Source: an uncultured Thermoplasmatales archaeon | GTDB taxonomy: Archaea; Thermoplasmatota; E2; DHVEG-1 | Reading direction: 5' to 3' | NCBI GenBank assembly: GCA_964384785.1 | Contig: CAYLLH010000112.1 | Coordinates: 1-63,029, forward strand | DNA: 63,029 bases | Part shown: positions 8,302 to 16,982 of the stretch, piece by piece | Layout of the letters: each line of letters begins with the position of its first letter | Numbering within the stretch: position 1 is the stretch's first letter | Notes under the pieces: model-generated | Seen by the model: the letters and a program-made list of their open reading frames with translations, nothing else | What the model was told of the DNA's origin: nothing | Databases searched by the model: none | Position numbers and translations under genes: made by a program

Positions 8302-9413
8302 ACCCAATCGATATAATTATCGCAGGCTTTGAAATGCTTCTTGAATATCTTTCAGCACATGTTCTAACATGTCTTATTCCAGCTTTTTTTATCGCAGGAG
8401 CAATCGCGGTTTTTGTATCTAAAAAAGGTATTTTGAAATATTTTGGTGCTCAAACAAAAAAATATATTTCCTATTCAGTTGCATCAGTTTCTGGTGCAAT
8501 ACTTGCCGTTTGTAGCTGCACGGTTCTACCATTATTTACCGGGATTTATAAACGCGGTGCAGGTATCGGTCCAGCATCAGCATTTCTTTTCTCAGGTCCA
8601 GCAATAAATGTTCTAGCAATTGTTCTAACCGCGCAAGTCCTTGGTTATGATATCGGTCTTGCAAGAGCCATTTCTGCTATTCTTATGGCTATTGTTATCG
8701 GCCTCTCAATGGCTTTTATCTTTAGAAAAGAAGAAACAGAGAAAAAGAACAAAGATAATAATATGTTTGTAACTCAAACAGGGGAAGAAGATAATAAACG
8801 CCCTATTTGGATTTCACTTTTGTTTTTTGTTTCTCTTGTATTAATTCTTGTTATTGGTGCAGCTAGTACCGAATATATACCTTGGGTTCCAAAACTAGCG
8901 ATTGTTTATATTTTAACATTGATTGTTTCGGGTCTTCTCATTTTTTATTATACTCGTGATGAAGTAAAAAACTGGGGTAGAGAAACCTGGAATCTTACAA
9001 AAAAAATATTTCCAATTCTTCTTGTTGGTGTTTTTATAGTTGGAATTATCGGCGGTGTTGCTGCATATTTTATCCCTGGTGCAGATCCAGCTAATGCAGT
9101 AGGTGTCGCAGTGGCACCATATATTGGCGGTAATGATATTTTTTCATGTTTCCTAGCATCAATTATTGGTGCTATTTTGTATATGCCCACACTTTTAGAG
9201 GTTGCCATTGTTGGTGATTTATTTGGTTATAGTGCAGGTATTATGGGTGGCGGTCCTGCTCTTGCACTTCTTCTTGCTGGTCCATCTTTGAGTCTTCCTA
9301 ATATGATTGTTATCACCAAGGTTATGGGTAAGAAAAAAGCATTGGTGTATTTTGCTTTAGTAATAATTGTTGCTACAATTGTTGGTTTTATTTACGGTAT
9401 GATTGCAGGATGA
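8298..9413 (+). CDS. DUF318/ArsP-type permease
   Basis: 371 aa and about 10 TM helices. Has the conserved 'AVCSCTVLPLF' segment typical of the PF03773-type predicted permeases found in ars operons. Confidence 0.7.
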   Translation: MNPIDIIIAGFEMLLEYLSAHVLTCLIPAFFIAGAIAVFVSKKGILKYFGAQTKKYISYSVASVSGAILAVCSCTVLPLFTGIYKRGAGIGPASAFLFSGPAINVLAIVLTAQVLGYDIGLARAISAILMAIVIGLSMAFIFRKEETEKKNKDNNMFVTQTGEEDNKRPIWISLLFFVSLVLILVIGAASTEYIPWVPKLAIVYILTLIVSGLLIFYYTRDEVKNWGRETWNLTKKIFPILLVGVFIVGIIGGVAAYFIPGADPANAVGVAVAPYIGGNDIFSCFLASIIGAILYMPTLLEVAIVGDLFGYSAGIMGGGPALALLLAGPSLSLPNMIVITKVMGKKKALVYFALVIIVATIVGFIYGMIAG

Positions 9414-9420
9414 AGTAGTT

Positions 9421-9807
9421 ATGAAAAAAATATTATTTGTCTGTGTGGAAAACAGTTGTCGTAGTCAGATGGCAAAAGGATTTTTCAATAAATTTACAAA
9501 AAATGCTGTAGCGGATAGCGCTGGAACTCAACCTTCAGAAAATGTTAACCCTGTTGCTGTGAAAGTTATGAACGAGGTAGGAGTTGATATTAAAAATAAT
9601 AAACCAAAACAATTGACTTCTGAGATGAATAACAAGTTTGATTTTATTGTTACAATGGGTTGCATGGATGGCTGTCCGATAACGCCAAAAAATAAGACTA
9701 TCGAATGGAATATCGAAGATCCAAAGGGAAAAAATATTGAGTTTTATAGAAATATTAGAGATCAAATAAAAAGTAATGTAAAAAACTTGGTTAATGAGAT
9801 GATATGA
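9421..9807 (+). CDS. arsC: Arsenate reductase, LMW-PTP / thioredoxin-coupled type
   Basis: CX5R P-loop 'CVENSCRSQMA', 'DSAGT', and the downstream Cys pair 'GCMDGCP'. It aligns along its length with my memory of S. aureus ArsC. ATG 9421 (track start 9403 is a TTG). Confidence 0.85.
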   Translation: MKKILFVCVENSCRSQMAKGFFNKFTKNAVADSAGTQPSENVNPVAVKVMNEVGVDIKNNKPKQLTSEMNNKFDFIVTMGCMDGCPITPKNKTIEWNIEDPKGKNIEFYRNIRDQIKSNVKNLVNEMI

Positions 9808-9810
9808 AAA

Positions 9811-10041
9811 ATGAAAATTCAGATTTTAGGTACAGGTTGTCCGAAATGTAAGGCTACTGAAAAAATTGTAAAGCAGGTTGTTGACGAACTTAAAGCAGAT
9901 GTAGAAATTGTAAAAGTTGAGGATCTCCAGGAGATTGTTAATCGCGGTGTGATGATGACACCAGCGGTTGTTGTAGACGGAGACGTAAAAATCGTAGGTC
10001 ATGTACCAAGTGCTGATGAAATCAAAAAATTGTTGAAATAA
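9811..10041 (+). CDS. Thioredoxin-fold 'redox-active disulfide protein 2'-like protein
   Basis: 76 aa. 'MKIQILGTGCPKCK' CxxC and 'MMTPAVVVDG'. Confidence 0.8.
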   Translation: MKIQILGTGCPKCKATEKIVKQVVDELKADVEIVKVEDLQEIVNRGVMMTPAVVVDGDVKIVGHVPSADEIKKLLK

Positions 10042-10056
10042 GGAGATGATGAATTT

Positions 10057-10377
10057 ATGAGAATACTTGAAGAATGGTTCCCAGAGTTTGCCAAAGAATT
10101 TGATAAAATAGATGAAATATATAAAGAAAAACGAATGATCGATGAAAAAACATATCAGTTTATTTGTTTTGCAACAGCTATAAAAGGACGCTCTGCTCCT
10201 TGTGTCCGTAAACATTTCAAAGGTGCTCTAAAAGCCGGTGCAACACTAAAAGAACTTACATATATTATGGCACTAGTGTTTCGAGAGAGTGCAGGTAATG
10301 ATGACTGCTGGGTTCATGATGTTCTTTCTGATTACAAGGAACTTATGAAAAACAATGTTCAATGTTGCCCAAAATAA
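10057..10377 (+). CDS. Carboxymuconolactone decarboxylase/AhpD-like family protein
   Basis: 106 aa. 'ICFATAIKGRSAPCVRKHFKGALKAGATLKEL' resembles the AhpD-core helix pair. Confidence 0.7.
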   Translation: MRILEEWFPEFAKEFDKIDEIYKEKRMIDEKTYQFICFATAIKGRSAPCVRKHFKGALKAGATLKELTYIMALVFRESAGNDDCWVHDVLSDYKELMKNNVQCCPK

Positions 10378-10391
10378 AAGATTGATTATTC

Positions 10392-10771
10392 ATGGCTAAA
10401 GATAAGTATATCTGTAAAACCGACAGAAATACTAATCTTTCCCTGCTCTGGTGGTTCAAATGCTGGCCAGATAGCAAATGAGGCTGCTAAAGATCTTAAT
10501 AATCTTAACCACGGAAAAATGTATTGTCTTGCTGGTATCGGCGGGCATGTTAATAGGATTACTGAGTCGGCAAAAAATGCTAAAAAAATTATCGCAAACG
10601 ATGGTTGCCCTGTTTCTTGTGCGAAAAAAAACGTTAGAACATGCTGGTGTTAAATCAGGTTTTCATGTGGTGGTCACTGATTTAGAGATTCAAAAAAACT
10701 ATGATTTTAATATGGATGCTGATGAGATCAATAAAATAACAGAGAATGTTTTAAAAAAACTACAAAAATAG
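10392..10771 (+). pseudogene. DGC-domain (putative zinc-binding) gene interrupted by two +1 frameshifts
   Basis: Three consecutive frames read as follows. First 'MAK..'. Then 'SVKPTEILIFPCSGGSNAGQIANEAAKDL..GKMYCLAGIGG..NDGCPVSCAKK'. Then 'TLEHAGVKSGFHVVVTDLEIQKNYDF...'. Joined together they give a typical DGC protein. The second shift is in the A8 run at about 10623-10630. Confidence 0.6.
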
Positions 10772-10854
10772 TTATAAGAAACTTTATTGATAAAAAAAAT
10801 AATAGTTATTCTACCGTTAATTTTTAATAAGCGATAAAGTTTTTCAACGCTCTA

Positions 10855-12030
10855 ATGAAGATTTTATTGACGACAGATTCTTATTATCCTAACATTGATG
10901 GAGCAGCTATAGCTCAAAGGAATCTTGTAAATGGACTGGCAAAACAAGGTCATGACGTAAGAGTTATTGCACCTGGTCTTTCTTTTAAAAATAAGATTGA
11001 AGAAGACCAAAAAACTAAAATTTATCGAACAAAATCTGTTAAATTACCACTTTATATGGGGGGCAGTTATTATTTTTCACCTTTTCCTTTTTTTGAAGTT
11101 GGAAAAATTATGAAGGATTTTCAACCAGATATTGTTCACATTTGTAATGCTTTTCAAGTTGGTACAAGTTCTTTGATATGGGCAAGAAAATTAAATATTC
11201 CAGTGGTAGCCACAATACATTTACTACCCGAAAATATGATAATTTCTTTATCAAAAATGAAAAAAAAATACTATACTTTTTTTAAGGATTTAACTTGGAG
11301 ATATCTATTGTTTTTTTTTGATAGAATGGATTTAGTGACTATACCAACAAAAACTGGGGCTGATATGTATAAAAAAAGAGGGTTTAAAACCAAGATATAT
11401 CCAATTTCCAATGGTTTAAAAACTGAGAGATTCAGCCCTGAAAACAATGGTGATTATTTACGAAAAAAATTTAATTTACCCGACAAAAAAATAGTGCTGT
11501 ATACCGGTAGAATAAATGAAGAAAAAAACCTAGATGTATTAATTAAATCCATACCTACTGTTATAAAAGAGGTTGACGCCCATTATATAATAGTAGGCGG
11601 AGGAGGAGAATATACTAAAATTCTTACTAAACTATCAAAAGATTTAGGTGTTGAAGAAAATATTACTTTTACAGGTTTTCTTGATTGGGAGGATTACCCT
11701 AACATTTTTTCAATAGCAGATGTTTTTGCCCTGCCTGCAGAATCCGAACTTCAAAATATTCCAACACTTGAAGCCGCTGCATCAGGATTACCCGTAGTAG
11801 TCGTAGATAAAGGAGCACCATCGGAACTTGCAAACAACGATAACGGATTTATTTTTCAACATCAAAATAGTAAACAAATGGCAGAATACATAATAAAAAT
11901 TTTAAAAGATGACAAACTTCGAGAAAAAATGGGTAGAAAAGGTATAGAGTTAGCAAAAAACCATTCTTTACCATATGTTATTAAGGAATATGAGAAACTT
12001 TATCAAAAAATTTTATCAAATAATTTTTAA
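10855..12030 (+). CDS. GT4-family (GT-B) glycosyltransferase
   Basis: 391 aa. 'ILLTTDSYYPNIDGAA' N-terminus and the C-terminal 'PAESELQNIPTLEAAASGLPVVV' E-x7-E-type region. Confidence 0.85.
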   Translation: MKILLTTDSYYPNIDGAAIAQRNLVNGLAKQGHDVRVIAPGLSFKNKIEEDQKTKIYRTKSVKLPLYMGGSYYFSPFPFFEVGKIMKDFQPDIVHICNAFQVGTSSLIWARKLNIPVVATIHLLPENMIISLSKMKKKYYTFFKDLTWRYLLFFFDRMDLVTIPTKTGADMYKKRGFKTKIYPISNGLKTERFSPENNGDYLRKKFNLPDKKIVLYTGRINEEKNLDVLIKSIPTVIKEVDAHYIIVGGGGEYTKILTKLSKDLGVEENITFTGFLDWEDYPNIFSIADVFALPAESELQNIPTLEAAASGLPVVVVDKGAPSELANNDNGFIFQHQNSKQMAEYIIKILKDDKLREKMGRKGIELAKNHSLPYVIKEYEKLYQKILSNNF

Positions 12031-12104
12031 GAAATATTTTTTATCTTCCTTTAACATTTATAAACAATATTTTTATTTAACAAAAAAGTGGACGTTTAAA
12101 AAAA

Positions 12105-13298
12105 ATGAAGGTTTATTTCTCAGTTATGGGCATAGGTCTCGGTCATATCACTAGATGCCTTGCTATTACAAAACATCTTCAAAAATATGATATAGATTTC
12201 GTTTTTTCTTCATATGGTAAAGCATCAGATATAGCCGCAAAAGAAGGTTTCAAATCATACAAATCTAAATCTTTGATGTGGAATCAAACTAAAACTGGAG
12301 AAGTGGATTTTGAAACAACGTTTCTAAGAAGTTCTATTACTTTTAAACAAATGGCAAGTCATTTTAAAGATGAAAGAATAAGAATCAAAAAAGAAAAACC
12401 AGATCTGATAGTATCAGATTCAAGATATTCAATAATTCCTGCATCAAAAGTAGCTAAAGCACCAAGGATTTATATCACCAATCAACCCACTGTTGTTCTA
12501 CCTGAACCTCGGAAAATAAATAAAAATATTATTTCTCCTTTACAAAAAATTTCAAATTGGTTTAACTACCATGTTTTATCTGGGCAAGATAAAATACTTT
12601 TACCTGATTTTCCTCAGCCTTATTCAATTTCAACAAATCATATGATTTTTGATAAAGCCCCCGAAAAATTTAAGAAAAAAATAGAGTTTGTTGGACCTAT
12701 TGCATCAAATCGACCTGAACATACAACAGAAAAAAAAGTTAAAGAAATATGTACAAAATATAATGTGGAACCTGGAAAATTTATATATATTGCTTTTAGC
12801 GGACCGGGTAGAATAAAAAATGAAATACATAACGTAATCTTTGATTTATTTTCTGATTATAAAACACCGGCTATTATGGGGAGTGGATCCACGGGTGATT
12901 TTAAAATACATGAAAAAGGAAATTTGAAACTTGTAGATGGATGGATTAAAGAACGTGCAGAATTATTAGCTGGTTGTAATCTTGTTATATCTAGAGCTGG
13001 TCTTTCCACGCTTAGTGAGATGGTAGCATTTGGGAAAAAAACAATAGTTATACCTCAGGCTAATCAACCCGAACAGGAATCAAATGCTTTAGGAATTGAA
13101 AATTTAGGAATCGGAAAGAAACTCAAGTCAAATCATATAACAAAAAAAATTTTAAAAGAAAATATAGATTTTTTACAGTCTTCAGAGCCTGATGTTAAAA
13201 AAATTAAAGATTTAGCAAAAAAAATGAATGGAGAAAAAAAATCTGCTGAAATAATACTTAATTATTTAGAAAAAAAAGGGAGTTTAAAAACCCATTAA
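12105..13298 (+). CDS. MurG/GT28-C- or GT1-like glycosyltransferase
   Basis: 397 aa. 'GIGLGHITRCLAI' Gly-rich loop and C-terminal 'ISRAGLSTLSEMVAFGKKTIVIPQ..QPEQESNA'. Confidence 0.7.
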   Translation: MKVYFSVMGIGLGHITRCLAITKHLQKYDIDFVFSSYGKASDIAAKEGFKSYKSKSLMWNQTKTGEVDFETTFLRSSITFKQMASHFKDERIRIKKEKPDLIVSDSRYSIIPASKVAKAPRIYITNQPTVVLPEPRKINKNIISPLQKISNWFNYHVLSGQDKILLPDFPQPYSISTNHMIFDKAPEKFKKKIEFVGPIASNRPEHTTEKKVKEICTKYNVEPGKFIYIAFSGPGRIKNEIHNVIFDLFSDYKTPAIMGSGSTGDFKIHEKGNLKLVDGWIKERAELLAGCNLVISRAGLSTLSEMVAFGKKTIVIPQANQPEQESNALGIENLGIGKKLKSNHITKKILKENIDFLQSSEPDVKKIKDLAKKMNGEKKSAEIILNYLEKKGSLKTH

Positions 13299-14465
13299 AC
13301 CACAACATCTTGAACAAATTGGAAAAACGCCGTTTGGTTGTTTGATTAATGCTTTTCTAAAATTTTTAAATTTTTCGTTATTATAAATATCAAGAAGAGG
13401 ATCCTGTAGTATATTTCCCATTATAATATCTGGAAAATCTCTGCAGTTTACTACATCTCCATTAGGCATAATATTTGCTTCCACCCATGGTGTTAAACAG
13501 TTTTTCCATCCGAGGAAGTCAGAGGGATCTTTATAATATGTTTCTATTTCCTCAATTTTGATATTAGGTAAAAAAGTTACAGGACTATCCCATTTTCTGG
13601 TTTTTATATTTTTAACAGTTTTTCTGAGAGCATCAAAATCTGCATCAGAATTATCTCGTACATATGATTTCCATGCAAATGGTGAAATTCCAAGTTCTTT
13701 TTTAATTATTTTTTCATGTTCTTCTCCTACTTTTTGACTTGTGAACCAGGAATAATATACAATCATACCATCTGGATTAAACTGTTGACCTACCTCTATA
13801 GTTTCTTCTAAATTATGATAGTTGGTACTAGATAATGTTGTTAAAAATAAGATTGAAGGTTTTTTTACATTTTTTTCTTTTTTTATTTTCTGGATTTTTT
13901 CTACTCCTTTTTTCATGGTATTAAATGCACCTTTTACTCTTCTGCATTTGTCATGTATTTCTTCAGGGCCATCTAAAGATACACATACCATATCCCATTC
14001 ATTATCAATTATTTCCTCTGCTTTTTCTTCGAGTTTAACACCGTTTGTAACAATTTGTAATGTTAAATCTTTCTTTTTTACATAATTTCCGAATTCCATT
14101 ATGTCTTTGTATAAAAATGGTTCACCACCGGTGATGTATATATGTGGTTTAAGATGAGCTATTCTATCAATCATTTTTTTGTATCTTTCTACAGGTATGT
14201 TTCCTTTAACTTTTGGAAGATCATTATCTTCTCTGTTGTATCCACCGTCTCCATATTGTCCACATACTGCACATCTATGGTTACATTTATCTGTTATTCT
14301 CATGCTTATAAACCATAATGCGTTGCTTTCACCTGTGCCTTTTCTTTTATCAAGATTTGCTGTTATAAATTTTCTTTTTGCACCTGTTATAAGTCTACTA
14401 GTAAAAAGTGGGTTTTTCATAATCGGCTTAATTAAATTAGTTGGAATTTTTTTCAAAAATATCAT
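13284..14465 (-). CDS. Radical SAM enzyme with SPASM-like C-terminal domain
   Basis: 393 aa. 'CNHRCAVCGQ' CxxxCxxC, 'ITGGEPFLY', and the C-terminal Cys cluster 'NCRDF...PICSRCCG'. Its 3' end overlaps the convergent GT gene by 15 nt. Confidence 0.85.
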   Translation of the reverse strand: MIFLKKIPTNLIKPIMKNPLFTSRLITGAKRKFITANLDKRKGTGESNALWFISMRITDKCNHRCAVCGQYGDGGYNREDNDLPKVKGNIPVERYKKMIDRIAHLKPHIYITGGEPFLYKDIMEFGNYVKKKDLTLQIVTNGVKLEEKAEEIIDNEWDMVCVSLDGPEEIHDKCRRVKGAFNTMKKGVEKIQKIKKEKNVKKPSILFLTTLSSTNYHNLEETIEVGQQFNPDGMIVYYSWFTSQKVGEEHEKIIKKELGISPFAWKSYVRDNSDADFDALRKTVKNIKTRKWDSPVTFLPNIKIEEIETYYKDPSDFLGWKNCLTPWVEANIMPNGDVVNCRDFPDIIMGNILQDPLLDIYNNEKFKNFRKALIKQPNGVFPICSRCCGLMGF

Positions 14466-14791
14466 CTCCTACATATAATAATGATTATTGTTTAAAGCAA
14501 TTTTCTATGTAATATAATAAACCTTTTGTTAATTTCACTAATTTTTTGTTTTTATATGAAATCCGCAATATTTTAATACATATAATTATAGTGTATATAT
14601 CTTATTTATTTTATCTAAAAATTTTGAATTAAAAAAAACAAAGTTTAAAAATGTAGGGGGGGGGATAAATAAAATTGCGTGTTTTTACCTCCTCAATGAG
14701 TTTAGCGATTATAAAAACATTTTTCAGGAAAAAAATATCAAAAATTGGTACCTATTGTCCATTTCCGTAAATATTAAATATCCCTTTTTTT

Positions 14792-15514
14792 ATGGTTTGT
14801 CATAGTTTATGGGTTGATAGTATTAAAAGAAAAATCTTAATAACACTATGTTTGACGCTGTTGATAATACTGGCATTTAGTGGCTGTACTGAAGAAAATA
14901 CAGAAAATGATGCTGAAGATTCAGAAAATGATAACAATGGAAATGATTCAGATTCAGACGTGGATAACAACAAAACTGTTGCAGCAATTGTTAATGGTGT
15001 AGAAATTACTACAGAAGAAGTTAGCTCTCTACAACAATCATATACTCAACAGGGTCAACAAATTTCTGAAGAGGAAGCTCTTGAGGAATTAATAGACCAG
15101 GAGATATTATCTCAACATTATCTTCAGGAAGAATTTATGCCTACTGAACAAGAAGTAGAGGACGAAATAAATGTCACGCTCCAACAAAACAATTATACCA
15201 TGGAGGAGCTAGAACAACAACTTAATCTAAGTGGGATGACTTATGAGGACTATTTCCAAAGCGTTGAAGAGGATTTAGCCAGGCAAAATAGTTTAAGCGA
15301 AGCGGTTGAAGAGTATGATGTCTCTGATCAAGAGGCAGAACAACAGCTAAATATGATGCTTCAACAATACAATATGACCGAGGCGGAGTTTGAACAACAA
15401 CTTGAACAATATGGAATGACTCTTGATGATTATTTAGATCAAATGAAACAGGAAATAGTTCAAGATTATTTACTTGAAGATATTAGAGAGGATGCAGAAA
15501 TCGAATATCTTTAA
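14792..15514 (+). CDS. Acidic lipoprotein-like protein with SurA-N-like region and tandem ~45-aa repeat
   Basis: 240 aa. Signal plus 'LAFSGC' lipobox-like site, 'VAAIVNGVEITTEEV..ELIDQEIL', and a duplicated 'QQ.N.T..E.EQQL...GMT..DY' unit. Confidence 0.55.
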   Translation: MVCHSLWVDSIKRKILITLCLTLLIILAFSGCTEENTENDAEDSENDNNGNDSDSDVDNNKTVAAIVNGVEITTEEVSSLQQSYTQQGQQISEEEALEELIDQEILSQHYLQEEFMPTEQEVEDEINVTLQQNNYTMEELEQQLNLSGMTYEDYFQSVEEDLARQNSLSEAVEEYDVSDQEAEQQLNMMLQQYNMTEAEFEQQLEQYGMTLDDYLDQMKQEIVQDYLLEDIREDAEIEYL

Positions 15515-15703
15515 ATCAATACAATTTTATTTTTTTTTATTCTTTATAGTTTTTTAAAAAAATATACTAATTCAAAAAAATATTTTCAATAACTATTATA
15601 GCTGTTTTTAGAAGAAAAGACATTTCAACACCAACCGCAATTTTTTCTTAAATAATTATACGAAAAAGGAGGGTTTTTTCTAACCAAAAGTTTAAAATAG
15701 AAT

Positions 15704-15734
15704 TATAATATTACAGCCTGTAACTATAATATTA
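15704..15734 (+). promoter_or_regulatory. Direct repeat TATAATATTA x2 (21-bp register) flanking TTACAG/CTGTAA at the start of the regulator gene
   Basis: TATAATATTA occurs at 15704-15713 and 15725-15734. The second copy runs into the ATG at 15734. TTTAAAATA (15691-15699) lies just upstream. Confidence 0.3.
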
Positions 15735-16054
15735 TGGTTTTAATTATGTGTGAATGCAACTGCCAAACAAATCCACTTAAAAAATATGTAAGTGCTCTTC
15801 ACTGCCCCACAAGATGGATTATAATCAGATTCATCGGAGAAGAGAAAAAAAGCACTAAAGAAATCTATAATTATCTTCTAAAAAACAATGAAAAAATTAC
15901 ATCATCTGGGCTCTATTATCACTTATCGGAGCTTAAAAAAGCTGGAATAATTAAGGTGGATCAATATAAAGAGGAAGGTGGTGGTGCACCTGAAAAGATT
16001 TGGAAATTAAAAACAAAAAAGATTGTTATTAATCTTTTATCGGAGGAGAAATAA
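15734..16054 (+). CDS. ArsR-like winged-helix regulator
   Basis: 106 aa. 'STKEIYNYLLKN...SSGLYYHLSELKKAGIIKV'. A 5-nt gap separates it from the ABC ATPase gene. Confidence 0.7.
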   Translation: MVLIMCECNCQTNPLKKYVSALHCPTRWIIIRFIGEEKKSTKEIYNYLLKNNEKITSSGLYYHLSELKKAGIIKVDQYKEEGGGAPEKIWKLKTKKIVINLLSEEK

Positions 16055-16059
16055 AATTT

Positions 16060-16980
16060 ATGACAGCAATAACTGCAGATAAACTTAAAAAAAGATTTGG
16101 AACAGTTACAGCAGTTGATAATGTCAGCTTTGATGTTAAGGAAGGTGAGGTTTTTGGTTTCCTTGGTCCAAATGGTGCCGGAAAAACCACGACAATACGT
16201 TTGCTAACAGGTATTTTAACACCTGACGCAGGTAATGTTACAATCAAAAATATAAATATGAAAAAGAATCCAATTGATGCAAAAATGATGATGGGAGTTA
16301 TCCCTGAGATGGGAAATATATATGTTGATCTTACCGCAAAGCAGAATCTAATTTTAGCAGGAAAATATTATGGGCTTTCAAAAAATGTGTTGGAAGATAA
16401 AGCAGATAAGCTTCTCTCAATTCTTGAATTATATGATAGAAGAAATGATTCGGTACGTACTTTTTCAAAAGGAATGAAACAAAGAATAAGTATAGCTTGT
16501 GCCATTATTCATGATCCCAAGATTCTTTTTTTAGATGAACCGACAGAAGGTCTTGATGTTCAAAGCCGTCGATTAATCACTAAAATAATAAATGATATGA
16601 ACAAAAAAGGTTGTACAATATTTTTAACAACTCATAATATCGAAGAAGCAAATAAATTATGCGAAAGAGTATGTATTATTCATAATGGTCAGATTGTAGC
16701 CATTGATCGACCTGAAAAACTTAAAAATACTTTTGATAAAACACAGTCTATAAAGGTTTCTTTTGATAAAAAAGTAAAAAAAGATTTGTTTAAATCTGAA
16801 TGCATTTTAAAAACAGATACGAGTGGGGATAAATGGGTTTTTTATACAAAGGATCCTGATAAATTAGTAAAATACATTGTATCTCTTGCAGAAAAAAAAG
16901 ATTTGAAAATTGTTTCTCTTACCACAAGTGGTCCAAGTCTTGAAGAAGCATTTGTTAGACTCACTCAAGGAGGTAAATAA
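16060..16980 (+). CDS. ABC transporter ATP-binding protein (ABC-2 exporter type)
   Basis: Walker A 'GPNGAGKTT', signature 'FSKGMKQR', Walker B 'ILFLDEPT'. Confidence 0.9.
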   Translation: MTAITADKLKKRFGTVTAVDNVSFDVKEGEVFGFLGPNGAGKTTTIRLLTGILTPDAGNVTIKNINMKKNPIDAKMMMGVIPEMGNIYVDLTAKQNLILAGKYYGLSKNVLEDKADKLLSILELYDRRNDSVRTFSKGMKQRISIACAIIHDPKILFLDEPTEGLDVQSRRLITKIINDMNKKGCTIFLTTHNIEEANKLCERVCIIHNGQIVAIDRPEKLKNTFDKTQSIKVSFDKKVKKDLFKSECILKTDTSGDKWVFYTKDPDKLVKYIVSLAEKKDLKIVSLTTSGPSLEEAFVRLTQGGK

Positions 16981-16982
16981 GC

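Noticed and set aside
10478-10771. 97-aa ORF from the track treated as an independent gene
   Set aside because: Only its C-terminal half makes sense ('TLEHAGVKSGFHVVVTDL...'). That half is the continuation of the frameshifted DGC-domain gene.
14656-14664. G-runs (G9, G8, G6, G5) as G-quadruplex motifs
   Set aside because: Each site has a single G-run with no three further runs nearby, so an intramolecular quadruplex is not possible. Several shorter runs are simply G-rich Shine-Dalgarno variants (for example 21289 and 32588).
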